Assembly (NCBI GenBank): GCA_001820095.1
Contig: MHOO01000004.1
Coordinates: forward strand, 1,749 to 65,748
DNA: 64,000 nt
Reading direction: 5' to 3'
From: Candidatus Staskawiczbacteria bacterium RIFCSPHIGHO2_01_FULL_39_25
GTDB taxonomy: Bacteria; Patescibacteriota; Minisyncoccia; Minisyncoccales; Staskawiczbacteraceae
Shown: positions 53,361 to 63,368 of the stretch, piece by piece
Numbering within the stretch: the stretch's first letter is position 1
Layout: each line of letters starts with the position of its first letter
Position numbers and translations under genes: made by a program
Notes under the pieces: generated by a model
What the model was told of the DNA's origin: nothing
What the model saw: the letters and a program-made list of their open reading frames with translations, nothing else
Database searches by the model: none

Positions 53361-54821
53361 ATGAGCAGTATTGAAGAAATAAAAAAAGTAAGAATGGAGA
53401 AATTAAAATCCCTGCAGGATGCAGGGCTTTTGGCGTACCCAGCGAAAACAAAAAGGACACATTCTATTATAGAGGCGTTGAAGAGTTTCAATAAATTGGC
53501 GAAGTCAGGCGCAGAATTGTGTCTGGCTGGCAGGATTATGGCACTACGCGGGCATGGAGGCGCTACGTTTTTAGATGTTGATGATGGTTCAGGAAAAATA
53601 CAAGGCCTTATCAAAGAGGACAAAGTGGGGGAAAAGGGCTACCAGTTTTTTATAAATCATTTTGATATCGGTGATTTTATTGAAATTAAAGGAGTGTTGC
53701 TAAAAACCAAACGGGGAGAGCAGACGGTTGAAGCAACCGATTATGCTATGCTTGCAAAATCATTACTACCGTTGCCAGAAAAATGGCACGGCCTTCAAGA
53801 TGAAGAAGAAAAGTTACGCAAGCGCTACTTGGATATTTTGTTTAACCCGGAAGTAAAAGAAACCATAAAAAAGAGGGCGGTTTTTTGGAACAGCATGCGC
53901 GAGTTTTTAATAGAAAGGGGATTCTTGGAGGTGGAAACTCCGGTATTGGAAGTGACTACCGGCGGGGCTGATGCCAGGCCGTTCATTACCCATCACAATG
54001 CTCTGGATTTGGATGTGTACTTGAGAATTTCTATTGGAGAGTTGTGGCAGAAAAGGCTCATGGTTGCCGGCTTTGAAAAAACGTTTGAAATAGGCCGGGT
54101 TTTTAGGAATGAAGGCATGGATGCCGAACACCTGCAAGATTACACTGCCATGGAATTTTACTGGGCTTATGCTGATTATGAAAAGGGTATGGAATTTGTG
54201 GAAGAAATGTATAAATATGTCATTAAGAAAACCTTTGGAACCTTAAAATTCAAAATAAAAGGCTTTGATGTTGATTTTGGCAAAAAATGGGAAAAGTATG
54301 ATTATTGCTCAACGATCAGCAAATATACTAAAGTAAATATTCTTGAAGCCAGCCTGCCTGAAATGGAAAAAGTGCTAAATAAACTGGGTGTTATCTATGA
54401 CAAAAAGGGGTTTAATATCACCCGCGCCATTGATAATCTCTGGAAGTATTGCAGGAAAAATATTGGAGGCCCCGGATTTTTAATTAATGTACCCGTATTT
54501 ATGGAACCATTGGCAAAACGCATGGAAAAGAATCCAAAACTGGTGCAGCGTTTTCAGGTGATTATCGGCGGATCTGAAAATGGCAAAGGATTTAGCGAAC
54601 TTAATGATCCCATTGACCAGGCTGAACGGTTTGCCGAACAGCAGAAACTGCGGGAAACAGGGGACCAGGAAGCCCAGATGTTTGACCACGATTTTGTGGA
54701 AGCTTTAGAATACGGCATGCCGCCAACCTGCGGTTTTGGCGTTTCAGAAAGGTTATTCAGCTTTCTCATGGATAAACCGGCTCGGGAGACCCAGATTTTT
54801 CCACTGATGAAACCGAAGTAA
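53361..54821 (+). CDS. lysS: lysine--tRNA ligase (class II)
   Basis: OB-fold N-domain and class II motifs (FLEVETPVL; FEIGRVFRNEG; GFGVSERL). Confidence 0.95.
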   Translation: MSSIEEIKKVRMEKLKSLQDAGLLAYPAKTKRTHSIIEALKSFNKLAKSGAELCLAGRIMALRGHGGATFLDVDDGSGKIQGLIKEDKVGEKGYQFFINHFDIGDFIEIKGVLLKTKRGEQTVEATDYAMLAKSLLPLPEKWHGLQDEEEKLRKRYLDILFNPEVKETIKKRAVFWNSMREFLIERGFLEVETPVLEVTTGGADARPFITHHNALDLDVYLRISIGELWQKRLMVAGFEKTFEIGRVFRNEGMDAEHLQDYTAMEFYWAYADYEKGMEFVEEMYKYVIKKTFGTLKFKIKGFDVDFGKKWEKYDYCSTISKYTKVNILEASLPEMEKVLNKLGVIYDKKGFNITRAIDNLWKYCRKNIGGPGFLINVPVFMEPLAKRMEKNPKLVQRFQVIIGGSENGKGFSELNDPIDQAERFAEQQKLRETGDQEAQMFDHDFVEALEYGMPPTCGFGVSERLFSFLMDKPARETQIFPLMKPK

Positions 54822-55047
54822 TCCACGAATGTCAACAAATTTTAAAACGAATGGCAACGAATCCGTCGAAAGGCGGATTTTTACTTTAATAAAAATGTAG
54901 TATCATTTTAAAAGCTTTTAAAAAGACGCTATATAATATTTTAGTAAATTTTATCACTGACGGATTTTTTGATTGCTCTGAGTTTGCTGAAGAGTAAAAG
55001 AAAAGCCCCTTGATATAATCTCAGGGCGACCCATCGAGAACTAACTC

Positions 55048-55485
55048 TCAATGGCCATGGTTTAGCGGCAGGGTGAATTCAACGCTAACGAGCGCTTGAG
55101 CAATCTCCTCGATTTTCTCGGGAGAAGTCCAATACATCCTGGAGTTTTTTCTCCCAAACTCCACCACCTGGGAGATGCCGAAGCTCCTTCGCACACACTC
55201 ACGAACGAAGTCTAGGGATCGAACTCCCTTGTTGAGACATGTCTGTTCTCGCTCAAAGAGTTCACAGAACTTTTGAGCGGTACAAAGACGCTCATCGGCC
55301 ATCTCCGATTCTTGCATGGCCCAGTTGAAAATGGAAACTGCAGCAAACCTTCGATGGTCGTTTGCAGCCCACCCTCTTACCGATGCCTTTGCCTGAAGTT
55401 GGCTAAGATAATCTCCGTAGTCATCCCGAAACTCTTCGGGAATAACCGACGGATCAAAGAATTGGCTGATTTGGTTCTCATTCAT
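55048..55485 (-). CDS. hypothetical protein (145 aa), high-GC orphan
   Basis: SD AAGGAGG upstream, a consensus promoter at 55593..55621, and a terminator after the stop. No recognisable domain. Confidence 0.6.
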   Translation of the reverse strand: MNENQISQFFDPSVIPEEFRDDYGDYLSQLQAKASVRGWAANDHRRFAAVSIFNWAMQESEMADERLCTAQKFCELFEREQTCLNKGVRSLDFVRECVRRSFGISQVVEFGRKNSRMYWTSPEKIEEIAQALVSVEFTLPLNHGH

Positions 55486-55592
55486 GGGAACCTCCTTTTA
55501 TCGGAATTACGGCTTCCGAGTGGCCGCTAGGGAAATCCTTAAGTGAAAAGTGCTGTTTGGGGTAAGACCCGTTGTTTTACCCCTATTTCTTA

Positions 55593-55621
55593 ATTATACA
55601 CCTATCATGACTTCTTGTCAA
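55593..55621 (-). promoter_or_regulatory. perfect consensus sigma70-type promoter TTGACA-17-TATAAT (minus strand)
   Basis: The reverse complement reads TTGACAAGAAGTCATGATAGGTGTATAAT. It drives 55048..55485. Confidence 0.65.
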
Positions 55622-55662
55622 TAGTTGTTGAATTTTGTCAAGTTTGGTACAATTATTAAATT

Positions 55663-56121
55663 ATGCAAAAGAATCCCACTTCGCCAAGGCTTCGCGGGAC
55701 AAGAGTATTAGTTTTCGGTACATTTGACGGCTTGCATGAAGGGCATTTGAACTTCTTTAAGCAAGCTAAAGAACACGGAGATTATTTGATTGTCGTAGTG
55801 GGAAGGGATTCTACGGTAGAAAAACTAAAGGGCAACCCCCCAAAATTTTATGAACAAGAGCGCTTGAAGGCTGTACAAGACTCTGGATTAGTGGATGAGG
55901 CAAGATTAGGAAATCAAGCTCCAGCAGGCCAAAAATTAGACCCTTATAAGGTGGTAGAAGAAGTTCATCCTGATGTTATTTGTTTAGGATATGACCAAAC
56001 TTTTTTTGCCGATAAATTAGCAGAGGAATTACCAAAAAGGGGATTAAGCCATATCAAAATTGAAAGATTAAACGCTTTTGAGCCGGAAAAATATCATTCT
56101 TCAATCATTAACAATAAATAG
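55663..56121 (+). CDS. cytidylyltransferase-like nucleotidyltransferase (RibL/TagD-type HxGH family)
   Basis: VLVFGTFDGLHEGH motif followed by YLIVVVGRD. Confidence 0.7.
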   Translation: MQKNPTSPRLRGTRVLVFGTFDGLHEGHLNFFKQAKEHGDYLIVVVGRDSTVEKLKGNPPKFYEQERLKAVQDSGLVDEARLGNQAPAGQKLDPYKVVEEVHPDVICLGYDQTFFADKLAEELPKRGLSHIKIERLNAFEPEKYHSSIINNK

Positions 56122-56137
56122 GTATATTAATTGGCTA

Positions 56138-56158
56138 ATTCGCGCGAATAGGTAAATA
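56138..56158. promoter_or_regulatory. operator-like site 1: ATTCGCGCGAATAGGTAAATA upstream of the ArsR-family gene
   Basis: Palindromic core ATTCGCGCGAAT. The right half is identical to the 28-bp palindrome at 56451..56478. Confidence 0.45.
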
Positions 56159-56167
56159 AAAATAACT

Positions 56168-56434
56168 ATGAGTATAGAAAGAGAGAAGCTGGTTAAAATT
56201 TTTAAGGCGCTAGGAAACGAAAGGAGATTTTTAATTATCAAGCATCTTTCCGGTAAAAAAGAATTAACCGTTAATCAAATCAGTGAATTGATCCACCTGT
56301 CATTTAAAAGTGTTTCAAAGCATCTGCTTATCTTGAAAAATGCAGGACTGGTAGACTACAAGGCATCAAACTTAAATAAAATTTACTTCCTTAGGAAAAA
56401 AGATGCGGCAAAAGAATTTGTAAGATTTTTTTAA
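56168..56434 (+). CDS. ArsR/SmtB-family HTH transcriptional regulator
   Basis: FKALGNERRFLIIKHL...LTVNQISELIHLSFKSVSKHLLILKNAGLV. Confidence 0.85.
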   Translation: MSIEREKLVKIFKALGNERRFLIIKHLSGKKELTVNQISELIHLSFKSVSKHLLILKNAGLVDYKASNLNKIYFLRKKDAAKEFVRFF

Positions 56435-56450
56435 AATTAATAAGATATCT

Positions 56451-56478
56451 ATTTACCTATTCGCGCGAATAGGTAAAT
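56451..56478. promoter_or_regulatory. operator-like site 2: perfect 28-bp palindrome ATTTACCTATTCGCGCGAATAGGTAAAT
   Basis: It lies between the arsR-like stop and the serS ATG, 13 nt upstream of the ATG. No T-run, so it is unlikely to be a simple terminator. Confidence 0.45.
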
Positions 56479-56490
56479 ATAAATAAAATT

Positions 56491-57741
56491 ATGTTGGATA
56501 TCAATCAGATTCGGAATCATAAAGAAGAAGTTAAAAAATCTCTCTTGAAAAGGTTAAAAGAGGATGATTTTAATTTGGATGAAATTATTGCTTTAGACGA
56601 TAAAAGAAAAAATCTTTTAACACAGGTTGAACAATTAAAGGCAGAAAGAAATAAAAATTCTAAGACAAAGCCAACGCCGGAAATTATTGAGCAAATGAAG
56701 AAGGTAGGGGAGAAAATAAAGGAACTTGATTTTATTGTGCGACAGACTGAAGAGCAGTTGAAAGAAAAACTGTCAGAATTACCCAACATAGTAGCTGACG
56801 ATGTGGTAGCAGGCGGAAAAGAAAATAATAAGATACTGCGGCAATTTGGCAAAAAACCGAGTTTTAAGTTCCAGCCAAAAGACCATGTCCAGCTGGCGAC
56901 TGAATTAGAATTAATTGATTATGAGCGGGGGGCAAAAATGTCGGGATCCGGTTTTTGGGTGTATAAGGGCGATGGAGCAGTATTAGAATGGGCTCTGCTG
57001 AATTATTTTATTGATTTTCATAGAAAAAATAAATATACATTTTTACTGCCTCCATTTTTGCTTACCGAAGCGTCAGCCTATACTTCAGGCCATTTGCCTA
57101 AATTCAGAGATGACCTGTATTGGACACAAGACAAATTATGCCTGAATGCAACTTCCGAAATGATGGTGGGAAATTACCACCGGGACGAAGTATTAAACGA
57201 AAAAGACCTGCCACTAAAATATTTTTCTTATTCAGCCTGTTTCAGACGCGAGGCGGGAAGCTATAGAACCGAAGAGCGGGGAATGGTGCGCGGGCATCAA
57301 TTCAATAAAGTTGAGATGTTCCAGTTTACCTTGCCCTCAAAGTCCTGGGATGCGTTTGAGGAAATGCTGGGAAACGCCGAAAAATTAACCAAGGGACTGG
57401 GTTTGCATTTCCAATCATCATTATTGGCAGCGGGAGACGCAAGCGCGGCGATGGCAAAAACAGTTGATATTGAGGTTTGGATTCCCAGTATGAATATTTA
57501 CAAAGAAGTGAGCAGCGCCTCAAATGGGTTAGATTATCAGGCCAGGCGCGGGAGTATAAAATACCGCGATGGTAAAAATAAGAAAAATGAATTTGTTCAC
57601 ATGTTGAATGCTTCGGGATTGGCAACGAGCCGGTTAATTCCGGCAATACTGGAACAATTCCAGCAGAAAGATGGCAGTGTAAAAATTCCAAAAGTTTTGC
57701 AGAAATATGCAGGATTTAAAGTCATTAAGGCAAAAAGATAA
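56491..57741 (+). CDS. serS: serine--tRNA ligase
   Basis: N-terminal coiled-coil arm and class II motifs (FRREAGS; GHQFNKVEMF; NASGLATSR). Confidence 0.95.
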   Translation: MLDINQIRNHKEEVKKSLLKRLKEDDFNLDEIIALDDKRKNLLTQVEQLKAERNKNSKTKPTPEIIEQMKKVGEKIKELDFIVRQTEEQLKEKLSELPNIVADDVVAGGKENNKILRQFGKKPSFKFQPKDHVQLATELELIDYERGAKMSGSGFWVYKGDGAVLEWALLNYFIDFHRKNKYTFLLPPFLLTEASAYTSGHLPKFRDDLYWTQDKLCLNATSEMMVGNYHRDEVLNEKDLPLKYFSYSACFRREAGSYRTEERGMVRGHQFNKVEMFQFTLPSKSWDAFEEMLGNAEKLTKGLGLHFQSSLLAAGDASAAMAKTVDIEVWIPSMNIYKEVSSASNGLDYQARRGSIKYRDGKNKKNEFVHMLNASGLATSRLIPAILEQFQQKDGSVKIPKVLQKYAGFKVIKAKR

Positions 57742-58502
57742 TGGAAGAAAAGAAAGTCCTTATAAAAAATCTTCAAGCAAATTATAAAGTATTTGGCGAA
57801 GGCAGGCCAGTTTTAATTTTGCATGGCTGGCCTTCAAGTTCCGAACCGTGGATTAACACATCAGAATTGCTGGCAGAGAAGGGAATGCAGGTGATTATCC
57901 CTGACCTGCCGGGATTTGGTAAAAGCCAAGAACCCCAAAAGTCATGGAGTTTAGATGATTATGTGGAATGGGTAAAAGAATTTTCAGAAAAAATACCGGG
58001 GCTTGATGTGCCATTTTGCGTTGTGGGGCATTCTTTCGGCGGGGCATTAGCGGCAAAATTTTCTATAAAATATGTCCAGAACGTGAAAAAGTTATTTTTA
58101 GTCGCTGCTGCCTGTGTAAGGAAAAGGACATGGTATAAAAAAATGTTATACCGGCTTTCACAAATTATTAAAGTATTCAGTTTTTTGCCCTACTATGCGG
58201 TATTCAGGAAAGCCTTTTATAAATTTGTCATTAGGAAAAGCGACTACCCTTATGCTTCGGGCGTCATGAAAGAAACCCTTTTGAAAATAATTTCTGATGA
58301 CCTTTCCCATAAAGTGGGATTCTTAAAGATTCCCACGGTTCTTATTTGGGGGGATAAAGATACCTCAACTCCTATGGAACAAGGTGAATTTATACATAAA
58401 AAAATTCCCTATTCAAAATTAATAACAATATCCGGGGCAAATCATGCGTTAGAAATAGAGGTGCCGGCAATACTAGCTCAAAAAATATTAGAGAATATTT
58501 AG
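57741..58502 (+). CDS. alpha/beta hydrolase
   Basis: HGWPSS and the nucleophile elbow GHSFGG. C-terminal His region GANHALEIE. Confidence 0.8.
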   Translation: MEEKKVLIKNLQANYKVFGEGRPVLILHGWPSSSEPWINTSELLAEKGMQVIIPDLPGFGKSQEPQKSWSLDDYVEWVKEFSEKIPGLDVPFCVVGHSFGGALAAKFSIKYVQNVKKLFLVAAACVRKRTWYKKMLYRLSQIIKVFSFLPYYAVFRKAFYKFVIRKSDYPYASGVMKETLLKIISDDLSHKVGFLKIPTVLIWGDKDTSTPMEQGEFIHKKIPYSKLITISGANHALEIEVPAILAQKILENI

Positions 58503-58516
58503 AAAATATATAGACC

Positions 58517-60133
58517 ATGCTTTCTATCATAAGCTTTATCAGTTTTTTTTGGTTCATACGAACCGTAAAAGCAGTATTCTTCTGGATTTATCTTTGGCAA
58601 CTTAAGGAATATCATGTAGGCCGGTTTTTGGATCATTTTAGGACTTACAAGGGCAAAAAGCTGATTTTCAACGCATTATTGGCAGCTAAACTAGTTTTAC
58701 TGGGTCTTCTATTGTTAAGCAACGGGCTACTATTGTTAGTTTCAGATATATTATTATTGCTGTATGGCGCAGAAGCCTTTATTTTTATTGCAGCATTTTT
58801 AAGAGGAAAGTTTAAAAAACCGGTAGCAACATTTAAAACTATTTTTTTAACCATAGTATCTTTTTTGGGGGTAATGGGATATTTGTCTTTGGCGGACAAG
58901 CATAGGCCATCAGATGCTTGGTTTATTTTTGCCATATTACTTTTTGATATTGGCGCTCCCATATTGATTTCTTTAGCAGTATTATTATTCCAACCGTTGT
59001 TTGTCATCGGCCGCAACGGTATTTTAAAAAAAGCCAAAAGTAAAATAGCAAAATATCCCAACTTAATTATCATTGGCATTACAGGTTCTTATGGCAAGAC
59101 TTCCACCAAGGAATTTTTAGCTACGATACTTTCTAAAAAATACCAGGTGCTGAAAACTCCAGCCCACCAAAATTCAGAAATAGGCATAGCCACCTGTATT
59201 TTAAAAGAATTGAATGAAAAACATCAGGTGTTTATTGTGGAAATGGGCTCGTACAAAAAGGGCGGCATTAGTTTATTATGCGACATGGTAAAACCTAAGA
59301 TTGGGTTGGTAGCCGGCGTCAATGACCAGCACTTGGCGCTTTTCGGCTCTTTAGATAACTTGCTTTCAGCTGAAGGCGGAAGGGAATTGCTAAACCATTT
59401 GCCAGCAGATGGGACGTTAGTGGTAAACGGAGATAATAAATACTGTGTGGATTTGTATAAAAAGACCCAGATCAAGAAAAAAATTTATACCATTACCAAT
59501 GACAAAATAGATTCTGATATTTGGACAGAAGATATTACCCTACAAGAAGATTCCATATCTTTTATTGTAAAATCCAGAGAGAAAGAAATGGTGCCGTTTA
59601 CGGTAAATGTATTGGGCAAGCAAAATGTGCAGAATCTATTAGGTGCCAGCCTGGTAGCGCGAGAGCTAGGCATGAGTCTGGAAGAAATATCATTAGTTTG
59701 CAAGGATATTGTACAAGCGCAAGCAAGCATTACGTTGCATAAAAATAAATATGGCATTACGGTGATAGATTCTTCCTATTCTTCTAACCCAAACGGCGTG
59801 ATAGCGGACCTAGATTACCTAAATATATTTTCTGGAAAAAAAGTTATTATCATGCCTTGCTTGATTGAGTTGGGGGACCGGTCAGGGGAAATTCACCGCC
59901 AGATAGGGAAAAAGATAGCCCAGGTCTGCGATACGGCTATTATTACCACTAAAGACCAATTTGACCAGATAAAAGCGGGAGCCATGGAAAATGGCATGCC
60001 TTCTGCCAATATTATGTTTTCTGAAAATCCAGAGAGTATTTTTAATACTATAACCACGTTATGCAAGTCAGGAGACGCGGTGTTTCTAGAAGGAAGGGTT
60101 CCAGAAGCTCTTATAAGGGCATTAATGCAATGA
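58517..60133 (+). CDS. murF: Mur ligase (MurF-like) with an N-terminal multi-TM extension of about 170 aa
   Basis: ITGSYGKTSTKEF P-loop and Mur ligase middle and C-domains. The first 170 residues form 4-5 hydrophobic helices. Confidence 0.75.
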   Translation: MLSIISFISFFWFIRTVKAVFFWIYLWQLKEYHVGRFLDHFRTYKGKKLIFNALLAAKLVLLGLLLLSNGLLLLVSDILLLLYGAEAFIFIAAFLRGKFKKPVATFKTIFLTIVSFLGVMGYLSLADKHRPSDAWFIFAILLFDIGAPILISLAVLLFQPLFVIGRNGILKKAKSKIAKYPNLIIIGITGSYGKTSTKEFLATILSKKYQVLKTPAHQNSEIGIATCILKELNEKHQVFIVEMGSYKKGGISLLCDMVKPKIGLVAGVNDQHLALFGSLDNLLSAEGGRELLNHLPADGTLVVNGDNKYCVDLYKKTQIKKKIYTITNDKIDSDIWTEDITLQEDSISFIVKSREKEMVPFTVNVLGKQNVQNLLGASLVARELGMSLEEISLVCKDIVQAQASITLHKNKYGITVIDSSYSSNPNGVIADLDYLNIFSGKKVIIMPCLIELGDRSGEIHRQIGKKIAQVCDTAIITTKDQFDQIKAGAMENGMPSANIMFSENPESIFNTITTLCKSGDAVFLEGRVPEALIRALMQ

Positions 60134-61371
60134 ATACATTTAAGCCAATTTCTATTTCTTTGTCTCCTAATGTCCAGAAAGATGATGTATTTTTAGCATT
60201 AAGACTGCTGTTTCAACCTTGGAAATGGAAGCGCGGCTTGGCGGTTAAAAACTTAGAGGATGAATTTAAGCAATACCTAGGCGTGAAATACGCCTTCTCT
60301 TTTAATAGCGGGAGATCAAGTCTTTTTGCCATTTTGAAATCGCTGAATTTACCTGAACAGAGCAAGGTTTTACTGCAGGCGTTTACTTGCAATGCGGTGC
60401 CAAATCCTATTTTGTGGGCAAACATGAATCCGACCTATGTTGATTGTAGCAATGATTTCAATATTAATGTTGGGGATTTGCAAAAAAAGATTGCTGCCGA
60501 TACAAAAATTTTAGTGCTTCAGCATACGTTCGGCTTGCCGGCAAATATAGACGAGGTAAATCTTATTATGCGACAGAATGGCGGGATAGTAGTTGAAGAT
60601 TGCGCCCATGCATTGGGGGCAGAGTACAAAGGCCATAAGCTAGGGACCTATGGCGCAGCCGGATTTTTCAGCTTTTCAAGAGATAAGGTTATATCTTCGG
60701 TATATGGCGGAATGGCAGTTACCAATGATGATCTGCTGGGCAAAAAACTGGAAAAACTGCAGAAAGAATTTGGCTGCCCATCATATTTTTGGATATTCCA
60801 GCAGATATTACACCCAGTATTTTTGCATTTTTTTATTTTACCGCTTTATAATTTTCTTGATTTGGGAAAATTATTTTTAATCCTTTCTCAATGGGCGCAT
60901 CTTCTATCTAAAGCAGTAAGCTGGAAAGAAAAAAGGGGATTAAAGCCAGATTATTTTCCAAAAGTTTTTCCAAACGCTTTGGCTATGATGGCTCAGAACC
61001 AATTTAAGAAGTTAGAGAAGTTTAATGAGCACCGCAAAGAAATAGCAGAATTTTATTATCAAGAATTAAAAGATACGCAATTTATTTTGCCGAAGAGAGA
61101 AAATAACATTTTTTTGCGGTTTGCCATACGGCATCCAAAAGCCCATGACATTATCTATGATGCCTGGCATAAGGAAAATATATTGCTAGGGGACTGGTAC
61201 ACAACGCCCATTGCGCCCGACGACACCAAGTTACCAGAAATGAAATATACGCCAGGGAGCTGCAAAAACGCGGAATTGTTAACAAAAGAAACATTAAATC
61301 TGCCAACGCATATTAATATTTCATTAGAAGACGCAAAAAGAATTGTTGATTTTTTAAAAAGATGGAAGTAA
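60130..61371 (+). CDS. DegT/DnrJ/EryC1/StrS-family aminotransferase-like protein
   Basis: FNSGRSSLFAIL, DCAHALGAEYKG and FSFSRDKVIS (Lys region). ATG at 60130 overlaps the murF stop. Confidence 0.7.
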   Translation: MNTFKPISISLSPNVQKDDVFLALRLLFQPWKWKRGLAVKNLEDEFKQYLGVKYAFSFNSGRSSLFAILKSLNLPEQSKVLLQAFTCNAVPNPILWANMNPTYVDCSNDFNINVGDLQKKIAADTKILVLQHTFGLPANIDEVNLIMRQNGGIVVEDCAHALGAEYKGHKLGTYGAAGFFSFSRDKVISSVYGGMAVTNDDLLGKKLEKLQKEFGCPSYFWIFQQILHPVFLHFFILPLYNFLDLGKLFLILSQWAHLLSKAVSWKEKRGLKPDYFPKVFPNALAMMAQNQFKKLEKFNEHRKEIAEFYYQELKDTQFILPKRENNIFLRFAIRHPKAHDIIYDAWHKENILLGDWYTTPIAPDDTKLPEMKYTPGSCKNAELLTKETLNLPTHINISLEDAKRIVDFLKRWK

Positions 61372-62393
61372 GAGAAATTGGCGATAAAAAAATATGGGAG
61401 GATTTTCTTTTGCCGTGCACGCAGAAAACATTTCTCCAATCCTGGAATTGGGGCAATTTTCATATTTCACTGGGAAACAAGATATGGAGGTTGGGAATTT
61501 ATGAAAATAACTCTTTGATTGCGGTGGCGCTGGTGATCAAAATTTTTGCCAAAAGGGGATCTTTTTTGCTGGTTCCGCATGGCCCGGTTGTCATGGAACA
61601 TGGAATATGGAACATGGAACAAATCCTAAAGACCTTGCTAAATTCATTACAAGAATTAGCGAAACAAGAAAAAGTGGATTTTATAAGGATAAGCCCTATT
61701 TGGGAAAGAACTCCAGAAAACATCGTTTGTTTTAAACGACTGGGGTTTAGGACAGCTCCCTTGCACTACCATCCCGAGTCCAGCTGGAAGCTGAATATTG
61801 GAGCTGAAGAAAATGTGCTGTTTGACCAAATGAGAAAAACTACCAGATATTTGCTGCGGCAAGCCCAAAAAGATGCAAATGTTGAGATAGTTAAAAGCAC
61901 GAGCATAGAAGACATGAAAATTTTCTATGATATACACCAAGAGGTGGTAAAGGTGCAAAAGTTTGTGCCATTTTCATTAGACTACCTAACTAAAGAATTA
62001 TTAGCTTTTTTGCCTGATGCCCAAATTGCTATTTTCTTTGCCAAATATAATGGAGAAATTATTGCGGGAGCCTACGAAATTTTTTGGTCAGGTATCGGAT
62101 TTTACCACCATGCCGCTCTTTTGCCCAAGTATAAAAAAATTCCCGTGTCGTATTTGTTGCAGTGGGAGGCTATAAAAGAAGCTAAAAAAAGAGGGTGCAT
62201 CCTGTATGACTTTTGGGGGTACGCCGATCCGGTTAAAAACCCAACGCATCCATACGCCGGGCCGACGTTATTTAAAATGGGGTTTGGGGGCTATAAGGCA
62301 GAATACGTGAAAACCCAGGATTTGGTGATTTCTCAAAAATATTGGATAAATTATACTATAGAAACAATCAGGAAAATTAAAAGGGGCTTGTAA
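61362..62393 (+). CDS. FemAB-family peptidyltransferase (peptidoglycan interpeptide bridge formation)
   Basis: FLQSWNWGNF N-terminus and a GNAT-like duplicated fold, with a length and motifs typical of FemX/FemAB. Confidence 0.75.
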   Translation: MEVREIGDKKIWEDFLLPCTQKTFLQSWNWGNFHISLGNKIWRLGIYENNSLIAVALVIKIFAKRGSFLLVPHGPVVMEHGIWNMEQILKTLLNSLQELAKQEKVDFIRISPIWERTPENIVCFKRLGFRTAPLHYHPESSWKLNIGAEENVLFDQMRKTTRYLLRQAQKDANVEIVKSTSIEDMKIFYDIHQEVVKVQKFVPFSLDYLTKELLAFLPDAQIAIFFAKYNGEIIAGAYEIFWSGIGFYHHAALLPKYKKIPVSYLLQWEAIKEAKKRGCILYDFWGYADPVKNPTHPYAGPTLFKMGFGGYKAEYVKTQDLVISQKYWINYTIETIRKIKRGL

Positions 62394-62452
62394 ACTTTGA
62401 ATTACAAAATGCTTTCATGGTATTTTTATTGGGCATTTCGTAATTCAAAGTT
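62393..62452. mobile_element. MITE-like element, minimal copy M5 (60 bp)
   Basis: TIRs AACTTTGAATTACAAAATGC / GCATTTCGTAATTCAAAGTT. Flanks are GTAA|..|GTAA. Confidence 0.65.
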
Positions 62453-62484
62453 GTAAGATCTTATTGCAAGCCTTGTCATATACT

Positions 62485-63303
62485 ATGTCATATCGGAGCC
62501 GGCATATAAAGCCAAAAATTAAAGGCTTATTCCGAAAAAAGTTTTTTCAAAGAAAGCTATTTTGGGTGTTTCTGCTAGCTTTCATGCTTATTGCCGCGAC
62601 TGCTTATTTTATATTATTTTTTTCAAAAATCCAGGTGGAAAATATTGAAGTTTCAGGCAGTGAAAAAATTGCAAGCAGTGAAATTGAAAGCATCGCATGG
62701 CATAGGGTAAATAGAAGACTATTTAATACGGGAATAGTCAATATTTTATCTAAGAGTATCTTTTTAGTTAACAAAGAAGATGTCATGCAGGATATTTTAA
62801 AGAGGTTTCCAGCAATAAAAGCTGTTGCCGTGGAGAAAAAGTTTCCAAATGGCATGGTGGTTAAAGTAACCGAAAGGAAGCCATTTGCCGTTTTTTGCCG
62901 GGGGACTGAATTTGGTGAGTGTTACGTTATAGATGATAGCGGGGTTATTTTTGAAGCCATGAAAGGTCCTATAGAAGATGCGATGATAATAAGGGAATTA
63001 GCGCATGATAAGGAAATTTTTGTGGGGGAAGATATTATTGATGCAAATATTATGGACATGATTGCCAAGGTTGAAAAGAGTTTAAAAAATAATTTTCAAA
63101 TAGAAGTGAAGGAGGCATTTGTTTCTAATCCATTAATATTTAGAACTTCAGAACAGTGGAAAATTTACTTTGATTTAGAGTCCGACATTGATATGCAAAT
63201 TATAAAAATGAATGCCATCTTACGAGATGAAATTCCTGCAAGCACCAGAAAGAACCTCCAATATATTTACTTGCAGTATAAAGACCGGGCGTATTATAAG
63301 TAA
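62485..63303 (+). CDS. ftsQ: cell division protein FtsQ/DivIB-like (POTRA)
   Basis: Basic N-terminus, one TM helix, a POTRA-like segment (IENIEVSGSEKIASSEI) and a cell-wall gene context. Confidence 0.65.
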   Translation: MSYRSRHIKPKIKGLFRKKFFQRKLFWVFLLAFMLIAATAYFILFFSKIQVENIEVSGSEKIASSEIESIAWHRVNRRLFNTGIVNILSKSIFLVNKEDVMQDILKRFPAIKAVAVEKKFPNGMVVKVTERKPFAVFCRGTEFGECYVIDDSGVIFEAMKGPIEDAMIIRELAHDKEIFVGEDIIDANIMDMIAKVEKSLKNNFQIEVKEAFVSNPLIFRTSEQWKIYFDLESDIDMQIIKMNAILRDEIPASTRKNLQYIYLQYKDRAYYK

Positions 63304-63368
63304 GGGTAAACTTCTGACAAGGGTTATGAGTGCTTGACAAATTATGTAATTAATGTATAATGAACCCT

